The notes beneath the pieces were generated by a model. The model had not been told where the DNA came from. It searched no databases and saw only the letters and a program-made list of their open reading frames with translations. A program made the position numbers and the translations under genes. A DNA stretch of 64,000 nucleotides from Methanobacteriota archaeon (GTDB lineage Archaea; Thermoplasmatota; Poseidoniia; Poseidoniales; Thalassarchaeaceae), in contig WTHQ01000039.1 of the NCBI GenBank assembly GCA_011523055.1, positions 12,263-76,262 of the forward strand. Direction: 5' to 3'. Positions 21,353-30,615 of the stretch are shown here, one piece after another (position 1 is the stretch's first letter; each line of letters starts with the position of its first letter).

Positions 21353-21994
21353 TTAGACTTGATCCCTGTTTAGTATTCGGTGCCTAACTCTCCTCACAAA
21401 ATCTGGAGCCTTGCTGTAATCTCCCTCGACGATGAGTTGTAATTCGGCCTCCTTGGGAGATCTTCCTCTGGACATCGATGCGTGAATGCAGAGCAGGGAA
21501 AGGGTCTCAGCCACCCCACCTTGATGGAGCCAACTACAGAGAATAACCTCATTTGGGCATGGACGCCCAGCCCTCAGGATTTCCTCGACGCATAACAACA
21601 GTCCCTCGATGGGCTCCTCTGGTTTGAGGAGCCCTTCAAGGAGGAGCCATGGATCTGTGCCCATCCTGGCATGGTCCATGTTTGCAAGAAGCAAAGCCGC
21701 TATTGCCAAATCCTCACGTCCATGTCTGCTCCAAAGCGGAATTAGGACGGATGCCAAAACTTCCGGTGTCCCAGAGTTTTTGGTTATCATCCAAGATGCT
21801 ATTCTTCTCAGAGAAGCATCTGGCGTCCCCAGGAAAAAGGAGTATGTTCCATCGGCACTAAGTCTGTCTGTGTTCGACTTCATGATAAGTGCGGGGACGT
21901 CATAGGTGTAGGCTTCCCGGAGAATCCTGGGCAGGACTCTGACAGACCTTGACTTCCTCTCAGATATCGAAAAAAGATATTCATCAAGGCCCAT
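21353..21994 (-). CDS. Hypothetical all-helical protein
   Basis: 213-aa ORF, GAGG before ATG; weak resemblance to HEAT/AlkD-like repeats (LW..GRED..IA..LL). Confidence 0.7.
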   Translation of the reverse strand: MGLDEYLFSISERKSRSVRVLPRILREAYTYDVPALIMKSNTDRLSADGTYSFFLGTPDASLRRIASWMITKNSGTPEVLASVLIPLWSRHGREDLAIAALLLANMDHARMGTDPWLLLEGLLKPEEPIEGLLLCVEEILRAGRPCPNEVILCSWLHQGGVAETLSLLCIHASMSRGRSPKEAELQLIVEGDYSKAPDFVRRVRHRILNRDQV

Positions 21995-22003
21995 GGCGGA
22001 ACC

Positions 22004-22468
22004 TCATTTCCTTATCCTCAGCTTTTGGAGTGGGTTCGAAACGAGTTCTATTGCGTCATCGATTGTAGTTCGTAGTTGGGCTGCGACATTGCGATGAACC
22101 ACCTGCTCTAGGTGCCGGTCTACGCTCCTCACAAACTCACGATGCTCAGTCTCATTGATATCAAAGACTGTGCGCATATAAGACAGCAGCAGTGCTGTTT
22201 CTGGGGTGGGTTCGGAAATCGTGCAATATGCTTCTAATACCTGACCGTAAACGATCATTGCCTCGGATCTTGATAGTTTTCTCCCGGGGTCACTCTCCCC
22301 CTCGTTGAGAATATCGTCGTAAATTTTCACAGGGACAGCCTCAGGCAGCCTCAGTGCGTGGGATAGGCGTGCTAGAATCCTCATCTCCTGGTCGTCTAAG
22401 TGGCCGTCCTTCAATGCGAGTGTTGTCGCCCCGCGAAAAACAGCCACAGCATCAATAGTGTCTTCCAC
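22004..22468 (-). CDS. TerB-like fold protein
   Basis: ALKDGHLDDQEMRILARLSHALRL matches TerB-type A.xDG.xxxE pattern; second degenerate copy follows. Confidence 0.55.
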   Translation of the reverse strand: MEDTIDAVAVFRGATTLALKDGHLDDQEMRILARLSHALRLPEAVPVKIYDDILNEGESDPGRKLSRSEAMIVYGQVLEAYCTISEPTPETALLLSYMRTVFDINETEHREFVRSVDRHLEQVVHRNVAAQLRTTIDDAIELVSNPLQKLRIRK

Positions 22469-22585
22469 GATGCCCTTTGAGATACAATAAGATATGGATT
22501 TGACCCATAAATGGACTTTGAATTCGTTATGAATTCCCCGAATTACCCTTGCAAAGCGTTCAAATGCAAGACGGGTTAGGCCTAG

Positions 22586-22700
22586 ATGAACAGGTCACTG
22601 TCCCACTCGCGGGTGCAATGCGCCCATCCAAGCCTAAATTGGCGACCATGAGTCGCAATCCCCCGTTTGAGGGACATGTGATAGTTCGGAGGAAAACTAC
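22586..22700 (+). promoter_or_regulatory. Structured 5' leader of dnaG
   Basis: TTCAAAT at 22559; closing helix 22595-22604/22671-22681 enclosing hairpins 22611-22625 and 22642-22656; GGAGG at 22688. Confidence 0.45.
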
Positions 22701-23870
22701 ATGTCAAAAAATGAAGGAAAATACATAATTCACGCTACGATAAGAATAGATGGTACTGTCCAAAGGAAGGACGTTGTTGGGGCAATATTTGGCCAGACTG
22801 AGGGACTTCTAGGAGAGGATTTGCAGCTCAGAGATCTGCAAAGAAATGGCCGAATTGGTCATGTCGATGTTTCGCTCAACCAAAGAAAGGGCAGTGTAAA
22901 TGGAGAGATATCGCTCACAACCTCAATGGATCAAGTCTCCACATCGGTAATTGGCGCATCGCTCGAGACCATTGATAGAATCGGTCCTTGCAAGGCTTCG
23001 ATACGAGTGCAGAAAATCGAAAATGTGGTATCTGCGAAAAGAGACGTAGTCATTGATCGAGCAAAGAGGTTGCTAATGGAACTGATTGGCTCGGGAGCTG
23101 ATGAATCCAAGAACATCCTAGATGAGGTTCGATCCGTCCTGACCGTTGACACCGAAGTCAATTTCAGTGGAATGACAGCAGGACCCAACGTAAAAAAGAG
23201 TGATGGCATAATCATCGTCGAGGGTAGGAATGATGTTAGAAACCTACTGAAGTACGGAATCAAAAACGGAATTGCGATGATGGGGTCGGGTGTTCCCGAC
23301 GAACTTGTTGAGCTGGCTTCCACAAAAAAGAACGTCACTGCTTTCTTAGATGGTGACAGAGGTGGTAGCCTATTGTTGATGGAACTAGCGGGATCGTTGG
23401 AAAAATCCCTGACCCATGTCGCGTTCGCGCCCAAGAGCCTCGAAGTTGAGCATCTTGAGGGTAAAACGATAACAAAATGCCTTAATCAGAAGGAAAGCGC
23501 AACAAAGGTTGTACAGAGGATTAGAAAGCAAATGGAAGATGACGACAATGCGATTCTAGGCCACGAGAAGACTGACGTTCAGGCCCCAGAGGTCATGGCG
23601 AATTGGGGACAGCACCTAGATGGGCTCAAGAGGAACCAAGCGGTAATCATTCTAGAAGATGGTTCGGGGACTGACCCATTGGGCGCCGCTGCTCTAGGAA
23701 AAGCCTTGGAAGACGTAGAAGGTGCTGTAGGCCTAGTCTTTGCAGGGAAGATGAGTGATCGGATTTTTGATCTCGCCAATAAAGCCGGCATCGATAATGT
23801 ACTCGCCAGTTCCATTGGGGAAACGGCCAGGAAAGGCAGCGTCTCTGCATATGCTCCCTCAGACCTGTGA
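22701..23870 (+). CDS. dnaG: Archaeal DnaG-like protein (TOPRIM; exosome-associated)
   Basis: DVVGAIFGQTEGLLG, LETIDRIGPC, IIVEGRNDV, FLDGDRGG. Confidence 0.95.
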   Translation: MSKNEGKYIIHATIRIDGTVQRKDVVGAIFGQTEGLLGEDLQLRDLQRNGRIGHVDVSLNQRKGSVNGEISLTTSMDQVSTSVIGASLETIDRIGPCKASIRVQKIENVVSAKRDVVIDRAKRLLMELIGSGADESKNILDEVRSVLTVDTEVNFSGMTAGPNVKKSDGIIIVEGRNDVRNLLKYGIKNGIAMMGSGVPDELVELASTKKNVTAFLDGDRGGSLLLMELAGSLEKSLTHVAFAPKSLEVEHLEGKTITKCLNQKESATKVVQRIRKQMEDDDNAILGHEKTDVQAPEVMANWGQHLDGLKRNQAVIILEDGSGTDPLGAAALGKALEDVEGAVGLVFAGKMSDRIFDLANKAGIDNVLASSIGETARKGSVSAYAPSDL

Positions 23871-23958
23871 TCGAAGCACAAAAGAGGGTTCCATAATCAC
23901 CTCTTGGTAACCAAATTTCACAGAAGGCATCAAAGCCTCAGAGAGTTCGATCACCCTC

Positions 23959-26214
23959 ATGGTTGAGGCTTCGCATGCTGTCATAGGGGCATACGCTCTG
24001 TTGATTCTGGCCTATGCCTCAGCGTACATGCGCCAAAGATACAACAAGAGGAGAGCGCTTGAGATTAAATCAGAACTTGAGACAATGTCATTTGCATTTA
24101 CCGATATCCAAAGAGAATTAACATATGTTAATGATGGCTTAGATTCTGTTCTAGATAAGGAGGACCCTGTTCATGATAGGCTTGCGGCGCACTCAGCAAT
24201 TGACTCGGCTGAGAGGATGCTCGATAGGCTTGAGGGGGAGGGCGCAAGTAGGCTGTGTGACGTAGTCTCACACCCTGCAGCGCTGCTTGCAGCAGCCTTG
24301 GAGAATGATGAGGCTGACCCAAAGGATTCTCTGATCGCAATGGGGAGCCTTACCAAAAGACTCAGTGCTATGTTGGACTCGATTGGTATCAGGCCTGACG
24401 ATCTTTCTCTGAGTTCTTCGCAATTCGAGCGGCTCGGATCCTTGTTTGAAGAGCATGACAGGCATAAACATGCTCGTGATGCCTATGAGGCATCTCTTCG
24501 ACATGGACATAGGTTGGATTCGATGTCCGGACTCTTGAGAATCGTTAGAGCATTCGGTACCCGGAGTGAGTTGATTGAAACCCTGGAAGTGCACTTGAGC
24601 ACTGATCCTGATGACATGGCGGCTCTCATCGAACAGCTTTCTCTACTGCCGGAGAGCGACTCAAGATCTTCTCGGAATCGACGCAGATTAGACTCATTAG
24701 ATTGGGACGGAGAAATGGAAGTTGAGGTTGTTGGCTCGATTCGCAACCTAAGATCAAGAGCGATGGGCCCGGATATCGTTGAGATGTCGCCTGAGGTCAA
24801 GGTCAAACGGGCTCGTCATAAGATATCCTCGGGGAAGTTAGATGAGGGACTCGAGTTATTGGATGGGTTGGCTCTGGAGGATAGGAATTCAGACGAGGTC
24901 CTTCTACTCAGGGCTGATGCCGCACAGCAGAAGGGGCAGTACGAGTTGGCTCTAAAGCTGATTAGGGACTCGAAGTCTGTTTCCAAAGATGCAATTCTAA
25001 TGGAGGTATCCTTGTTGGTGTCAATGGGCTTGGCTGACCAAGCAATGACTTACCTCAACTCGCAGGTAAGTCTCCATGGGGGGGCTGCCCTTCACGAGGC
25101 TGCAATGAAGCTCGCGATTGCCCTAGGTGACCTGAATAACGCCCGGAGAACACTAGGACAATCATCCGGAATAGAGCCGACTCTCGGATTACTTGAGGCA
25201 GAGGTCATGGTTCTGATGGAGGAAAGTAAGCTAGAGAAGGACGCTTCTGGGTTGGTGGTAGAGGAGCGGATCGATCGTTTGAGAGAGTGCAGTTCGGATA
25301 TGAAGAGCTTGGACAGAGAAGATCACCGAGGCTGGCTATCATCGTCCTATTGGAATAGGCTGACAGGAGAGTTGGAAGAGGCCTTGACTTGTGTAATTCG
25401 GGCTAGGAGAATTGCTGAGAGAGATCCTGTAGTATTGCTGGAGGAAGCGCGTGTCAGAATCGAGATCATGGATTTCGATGAGGCTAGGTCGATTCTCAGA
25501 GAATGTGACAAGCTTCGCGCAGACAAGGTCGACTTGAATTTCCTGAATGGGCTAGCATTCGCCAGAGAGGGTCGAATTGAAGAAGCAGAGAAGCGATTTT
25601 TGAACGTCTTGGAGCTTGACCCAGATCACGTCTCCAGTCGTTTGAACCTGTCAATGTTATATCTTCTACAGGACAAGTATGACTTGGCGATCCAGCAATC
25701 TTTGAGGGTGATGGAAACCCGCCCCAACAACCCCACTGCAATAAAACACAGTGGCAAGGCCATGATAGGCCTATCAATGTGGGATGAGGCTATAGATATG
25801 CTTGAGAGGGCTCTGTGCTTACAAAAAAATGATGTCGAAACCATGGCCATTCTGGCATCCTGCCTCTTGAGGACCGGGAGGGGTGAACAAGCTGAGTCAC
25901 TCCTAAACGAGGCTATCAGAATAGATTCGATTTCAAGTGAACCCTGGGCATGCAGGGCTAAGTTGTACATCGAGTTCAGTCGAATCGAGGAGGCCATATC
26001 TGACCTGGAAAAGGCATTGGAATGTGATCCTAAGAGAAGTGACGTGTTAATGATGCTTGCAGAATTGGAGGAGCGAACAGGGGACTTCAGAGCCGCATCC
26101 CGAAGATGGCGTCAAGTCTTGGATATTGATCCTGGTGACCAGCATGCTAGATCTCGACTGCGGTTGATGAAGTCCATGGCGGGCATATCGACAGAAAGGG
26201 TTCATGTCAGGTGA
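23959..26214 (+). CDS. Membrane-anchored tetratricopeptide repeat protein
   Basis: N-terminal TM then repeated TPR units (GRIEEAEKRFLNVLELDPDH, EEAISDLEKALECDP). Confidence 0.85.
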   Translation: MVEASHAVIGAYALLILAYASAYMRQRYNKRRALEIKSELETMSFAFTDIQRELTYVNDGLDSVLDKEDPVHDRLAAHSAIDSAERMLDRLEGEGASRLCDVVSHPAALLAAALENDEADPKDSLIAMGSLTKRLSAMLDSIGIRPDDLSLSSSQFERLGSLFEEHDRHKHARDAYEASLRHGHRLDSMSGLLRIVRAFGTRSELIETLEVHLSTDPDDMAALIEQLSLLPESDSRSSRNRRRLDSLDWDGEMEVEVVGSIRNLRSRAMGPDIVEMSPEVKVKRARHKISSGKLDEGLELLDGLALEDRNSDEVLLLRADAAQQKGQYELALKLIRDSKSVSKDAILMEVSLLVSMGLADQAMTYLNSQVSLHGGAALHEAAMKLAIALGDLNNARRTLGQSSGIEPTLGLLEAEVMVLMEESKLEKDASGLVVEERIDRLRECSSDMKSLDREDHRGWLSSSYWNRLTGELEEALTCVIRARRIAERDPVVLLEEARVRIEIMDFDEARSILRECDKLRADKVDLNFLNGLAFAREGRIEEAEKRFLNVLELDPDHVSSRLNLSMLYLLQDKYDLAIQQSLRVMETRPNNPTAIKHSGKAMIGLSMWDEAIDMLERALCLQKNDVETMAILASCLLRTGRGEQAESLLNEAIRIDSISSEPWACRAKLYIEFSRIEEAISDLEKALECDPKRSDVLMMLAELEERTGDFRAASRRWRQVLDIDPGDQHARSRLRLMKSMAGISTERVHVR

Positions 26215-26229
26215 TGGCTTCGGGTAATC

Positions 26230-26784
26230 ATGCGAACAGTCAATGGTATTGAACCGGGCAATAAGGCTCCGTCATTCAACTTGCCGAATGCTAATGAAGA
26301 GCATGGTGATTCTCAAGTAAGCCTGACCGAAGCCATTGGAGAAAAGGGGGGGATTGTTATGTTCACCTGCAATCACTGCCCATATGTTGTAGCATCAGAG
26401 AGCAGGATAGAGGCCATGGCAACAATGGCGAGGGAGCTTGGATTTGGATTCGTGGGGATCAACTCAAACGACCCCGTAAGGTACACATCGGATGACTGGG
26501 AGCACATGGTAGAAAGGGCCTCCAAGGGCATGTCTTACCCATATCTTCATGATTCCACTCAAGAGGTAGCCATAGCCTATGGAGCTGAGCGGACCCCGGA
26601 GTTCTATCTGATTTCAGGGGATCTGGACGTATTATATCGCGGCCGTCTCGATGATTCCCCCAGAGATCCGTCCAATGTCACGACCTCGGACCTAGAAGTT
26701 GCGTTGAGTCAATACGTCGCAGGGGAGAGGATTAAGATTCCAAGAACTGAAAGCATTGGATGCTCAGTCAAGTGGATAGAGTGA
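26230..26784 (+). CDS. Thioredoxin-fold (AhpC/TSA-like) redoxin
   Basis: APSFNLP, FTCNHCPYV, GINSND, YRGRLDD, SIGCSVKW. Confidence 0.9.
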   Translation: MRTVNGIEPGNKAPSFNLPNANEEHGDSQVSLTEAIGEKGGIVMFTCNHCPYVVASESRIEAMATMARELGFGFVGINSNDPVRYTSDDWEHMVERASKGMSYPYLHDSTQEVAIAYGAERTPEFYLISGDLDVLYRGRLDDSPRDPSNVTTSDLEVALSQYVAGERIKIPRTESIGCSVKWIE

Positions 26785-26827
26785 CAGTCCTGAGTCGATT
26801 TGGTGAATTAATTTCAGCAACAACATT

Positions 26828-27250
26828 TCAGTATTGCTCCAAGACGAGTTCTGTCCTTGTTGAAATTATGCTTCCGGGGGCACTTAACCAAATTCTATCC
26901 AAGAGTTCACGGAGAGCGACTGTGTCATCGACATGGGCCAATACTATCAAGTCTGCATCTCCGCTGATCTCGTAAACTGACTCAATCCCATCCCAGGAAG
27001 CGTACTCACCTGCCAAGGTTCCAATCTCGATGCCAGGACCGACGCTCAGTCGAACCAATGCGGATAGTCCAATTCCGGTCTCCCTGATTGTGTAGCCTCT
27101 GATTATTCCAGCGTCCTCTAACCTTCTCATTCTTGCCCTTACAGTCCTCTCAGTTACACCGGTCATTGTCGCAATCTGGACAAAAGACGATCTCCCTTGA
27201 TCTCTCAATACGGAGAGTATGGCTCTGTCAAGTGAGTCAACCTTGGTCAT
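26828..27250 (-). CDS. Lrp/AsnC family transcriptional regulator
   Basis: DSLDRAIL..L..QGR, TVRARMRRLEDAGIIRGYT, EISGDADL. Confidence 0.92.
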   Translation of the reverse strand: MTKVDSLDRAILSVLRDQGRSSFVQIATMTGVTERTVRARMRRLEDAGIIRGYTIRETGIGLSALVRLSVGPGIEIGTLAGEYASWDGIESVYEISGDADLIVLAHVDDTVALRELLDRIWLSAPGSIISTRTELVLEQY

Positions 27251-27371
27251 GATATTGACTTAATACGTTCTCTTTTTATTATATTGTTTCATTATTATGT
27301 AATAATAATTAAAATTATAGATGTTTTATGATGTTTTTTTTTACCTTATTCGACTGGTTGGCTTCATATGA

Positions 27372-27827
27372 GTGCGTGAACATGAGTTCCCGATGCGAGG
27401 CGTCGATGGATCCAGTCAGGGTAAAATCCAAGAGTATCTTGACGATTTATCGAATTTGCAGCTCTCAAGGGAGGAGTTTGATTGGTACAACATAGACGTC
27501 GCTTCCATGCTTAGCCACATTCAACTCCTGGGACATGAGATCAATGAGTCTGATGGCTCTTCCTTACTATTCTTGGAGAAGAGTGCCATTCTATGTTCCC
27601 CAGAAGAATCTGCGATACACCATTTTCCCAAGAATATGCTCCATTGTTTCGTCGATGATTTCCGTAGGCTAGGCTCACAGGACGATGGGATTCTCTTCAA
27701 GGCCGAATTGTTCTCAATCTCTCCCTCTCAAGAACAACTTTGCTGGGAAAGGTGCTGTCGATCAGAGTTGGAGGTTCCTTCGCTCCAGTCCGCAGTTTCA
27801 AAATGGCTTTGGTGGTTGAACTCCTAA
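27372..27827 (+). CDS. Hypothetical protein
   Basis: 151-aa ORF filling gap between Lrp gene and eno. Confidence 0.65.
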   Translation: MREHEFPMRGVDGSSQGKIQEYLDDLSNLQLSREEFDWYNIDVASMLSHIQLLGHEINESDGSSLLFLEKSAILCSPEESAIHHFPKNMLHCFVDDFRRLGSQDDGILFKAELFSISPSQEQLCWERCCRSELEVPSLQSAVSKWLWWLNS

Positions 27828-27868
27828 TTCTCGGGAAACTTGACAGGTCGCGCCCTTTACAAGGCTTC

Positions 27869-29122
27869 ATGGGAAGTAGGATCACTGACCTCCATGCTCG
27901 TATGATACTCGATTCAAGAGGGCGTCCGACAGTTGAGGTTGATTGCTTCGTGGAGGGGGCTTTCTCAGCGAGAGCTTCAGTTCCTTCCGGTGCGAGCACA
28001 GGGTCGCATGAAGCAATGGAGATTAGGGATGGGGGGCCCATGTGGATGGGGTCAGGTGTTGAAAAATCCGTAGAGAATGTGAATACAATCCTCAAGGGCG
28101 AACTTGTGGGAATGAGTGTGCATGATCAGGCACTCATCGACGAGAGGTTGTTATCAATAGATGGTACATCGAACAAAAGTCGACTCGGAGCCAACTCGAC
28201 CTTAGGTTGCTCACTGGCGATTCTTAAGGCATCAGCCAATGAAAAAGGGCTTCCGTTGTGGAAGTCGATCCCAGGGGATTGGGCGAACGCGACAATGCCT
28301 GTCCCTCTGATGAACATTCTGAATGGCGGGGCTCATGCGGCCACGGATGTCGACGTACAGGAATTCATGGTAGTCCCATATGGATTTCCAGACTTCAAAA
28401 CCGCTCTCAGAGCAGGAGCCGAAACATATCACTGGCTGAAGATAGCTCTGAAGGAGAGGGGCTTGCTATCCGGTATCGGCGATGAAGGAGGGTTTGCTCC
28501 GGCCCTGGAAAAAAATGTGCACGGATTGGAGTTATTGGTCGAGGCGATTGAAAAGGCCGGTTATTCAATTTCAAATCAGATCGGGATAGCCCTGGATGTT
28601 GCCGCCACAGAATTCTTCCGCTCAGACAAATATCTATTCGACGGAAGAGAAATTGCAGGTGAGGAGCTTTCATCGATATACTCTTCCTGGATTGAGAAAT
28701 TTCCGATAGTGTCCATTGAAGATCCCTTCTCGGAGGACGATTGGGATTCATGGATATCCTTCACTGACAAAGGCCATGACGTGCTTGTTATTGGCGATGA
28801 TCTCTATGTTACGAACAAAGTTAGGTTGAATCGGGGTATCTCTGATCGAGCATCCAACTCAATATTGATCAAGCCGAATCAAATTGGCACCGTCACCGAG
28901 ACTCTAGAGGTGATGCAGGTTGCGAAGGAGGCTGGTTTTGATTGCATCATATCCCATAGATCCGGGGAGACCTCAGACAGCTCTATCTCTGATCTGGCAA
29001 CAGGAACTGGTTGTGGTTGGATAAAGACGGGCGCTCCGGCTAGATCCGATAGGACCTCCAAATACAATCAATTGCTCAGGATCAATGAACATGGACTCCG
29101 ATACTCAGGCCTGGATCATTGA
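27869..29122 (+). CDS. eno: Enolase
   Basis: ILDSRGRPTVEV, VPSGASTG, GDEGGFAP, LIKPNQIGT, SHRSGET. Confidence 0.97.
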   Translation: MGSRITDLHARMILDSRGRPTVEVDCFVEGAFSARASVPSGASTGSHEAMEIRDGGPMWMGSGVEKSVENVNTILKGELVGMSVHDQALIDERLLSIDGTSNKSRLGANSTLGCSLAILKASANEKGLPLWKSIPGDWANATMPVPLMNILNGGAHAATDVDVQEFMVVPYGFPDFKTALRAGAETYHWLKIALKERGLLSGIGDEGGFAPALEKNVHGLELLVEAIEKAGYSISNQIGIALDVAATEFFRSDKYLFDGREIAGEELSSIYSSWIEKFPIVSIEDPFSEDDWDSWISFTDKGHDVLVIGDDLYVTNKVRLNRGISDRASNSILIKPNQIGTVTETLEVMQVAKEAGFDCIISHRSGETSDSSISDLATGTGCGWIKTGAPARSDRTSKYNQLLRINEHGLRYSGLDH

Positions 29123-30091
29123 TCAGCTTTCGACCAATGACTGAAGAATCAGAGGCAGGACTATTGTAGCATCAGACTCAATGACGAATCTTGGCGTATC
29201 TATACTGATCTTACCCCAACTGATTTTCTCATTTGGAGGAGCCCCTGAATAGCCCCCGTATGACGGCTTGGATTCTGAAATCTGTGCGAACCAGGACCAC
29301 AGTGGTACATTTATTCCAACATCTTGCCTAAGCATTGGGACCACGCACATCGGAAAATCACCTGCGATTCCTCCGCCTACCTGTAGGAGTCCCGTGGGAG
29401 AGTCGTCCTCTCTATACCAATCAGCTAGTTCTTGCATTGAATGAAGTCCACTCAACACGATATCTTGTGATGAGATTGATAGATCGATCACTCGGGCAAC
29501 TAGAATATTGCCCAGCGTAGAGTCCTCCCATCCAGGAGTAAAGATTGGAAGATTGGCGTCTGCAGCGGCCATTAGCCAGGAATCCCTGGGATCCCCGTCG
29601 AGCTCTATGTCGCCATGCATCAATAGATCGTAGATGTACTCGTGGGGGAATCTCCTGTCTCCTGCAGCCTCCGCATCTTTCCATAGGGGGAATATTTTCT
29701 CCTCCACGTATCTTATCGCTCTCTCTTCTGGTATTCCGACGTCCGTGACACGATTCAGCCCTCGATCATGGAGATCGAGATCATCATGGGGCCCCAGCTC
29801 TCTCCAATTTGTTATCTTCTCGTAATCTGAGTATGCAACTAGATTGAACAGGTCCTCCTCTAAATTGGCGCCTGTACAGCATATTGCATGTATTTTCTGG
29901 GCTCTGATAGCTGGTGCGAGGGTCTTTCCAATCTCCGCCGTGGACATAGCCCCAGCGAGGGTTATCATCAAACGGCCACCATTATCCAAGAATTTACTAA
30001 GTGAGTCTATGCACCTCGATAGCTCTCCGGCATTGAAGTGATTGTAGTTCCGTGCTATGAATTCCCTCATTGGAATAGGCTCTCTTCTCAA
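29123..30091 (-). CDS. Deoxyhypusine synthase-like protein (bacterial-type; possible homospermidine synthase)
   Basis: LAGAMSTAE, TGANLEEDL, NRVTD, GGGIAGDF, YSGAPPNEKISWGK, ESDAT. Confidence 0.85.
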   Translation of the reverse strand: MRREPIPMREFIARNYNHFNAGELSRCIDSLSKFLDNGGRLMITLAGAMSTAEIGKTLAPAIRAQKIHAICCTGANLEEDLFNLVAYSDYEKITNWRELGPHDDLDLHDRGLNRVTDVGIPEERAIRYVEEKIFPLWKDAEAAGDRRFPHEYIYDLLMHGDIELDGDPRDSWLMAAADANLPIFTPGWEDSTLGNILVARVIDLSISSQDIVLSGLHSMQELADWYREDDSPTGLLQVGGGIAGDFPMCVVPMLRQDVGINVPLWSWFAQISESKPSYGGYSGAPPNEKISWGKISIDTPRFVIESDATIVLPLILQSLVES

Positions 30092-30489
30092 GTGATCACA
30101 GCTCCATCGATGTCGTTGTGAAGGAACCTCGGGACTGTGTCCCTGCGCATTTGTTGGAGACCTGGCATCTTTGTTCTCAGATTTTCGACAATGTAGTCAG
30201 CAATTATGTCGGGATTTCCAACACCACATGTAAATGCATCAAATGCCAACCAACCCTGGTTATAATAGCAATGTGCTGTGATGTGGGACTCGTCCAAAAG
30301 AACCACAGCAGCGAATCCTGGTGGTGATTTGTGACCATCAAATTCCTCAACATGAGAAAAAACAGGCCGTATGTTGGCAAGCTCAGTGGATTGAATCATG
30401 ATCTCCAGCATTTCTTTCCCGTCATTTGATCCATCATATTGGTATCCGATGTAGTCGACATATACGTGTTTTCCGTGGGCATTGACCAT
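30088..30489 (-). CDS. Pyruvoyl-dependent SpeD-family decarboxylase proenzyme
   Basis: GKHVYVD, F...PGFAAVVLLDESHITAHCY, FDAFTCG; E-S self-cleavage site intact. Confidence 0.88.
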   Translation of the reverse strand: MVNAHGKHVYVDYIGYQYDGSNDGKEMLEIMIQSTELANIRPVFSHVEEFDGHKSPPGFAAVVLLDESHITAHCYYNQGWLAFDAFTCGVGNPDIIADYIVENLRTKMPGLQQMRRDTVPRFLHNDIDGAVIT

Positions 30490-30615
30490 TCAATCGACTC
30501 CAAAATCGGGCCCCTAAGCGTTGAATTTTGTTTATGAACCATTCTAATCTCGAGTAATTATTGAGACACGAATTGTTGACGAGGATTGAATGTCTGAATT
30601 ACCCCTTTTTGTTGA

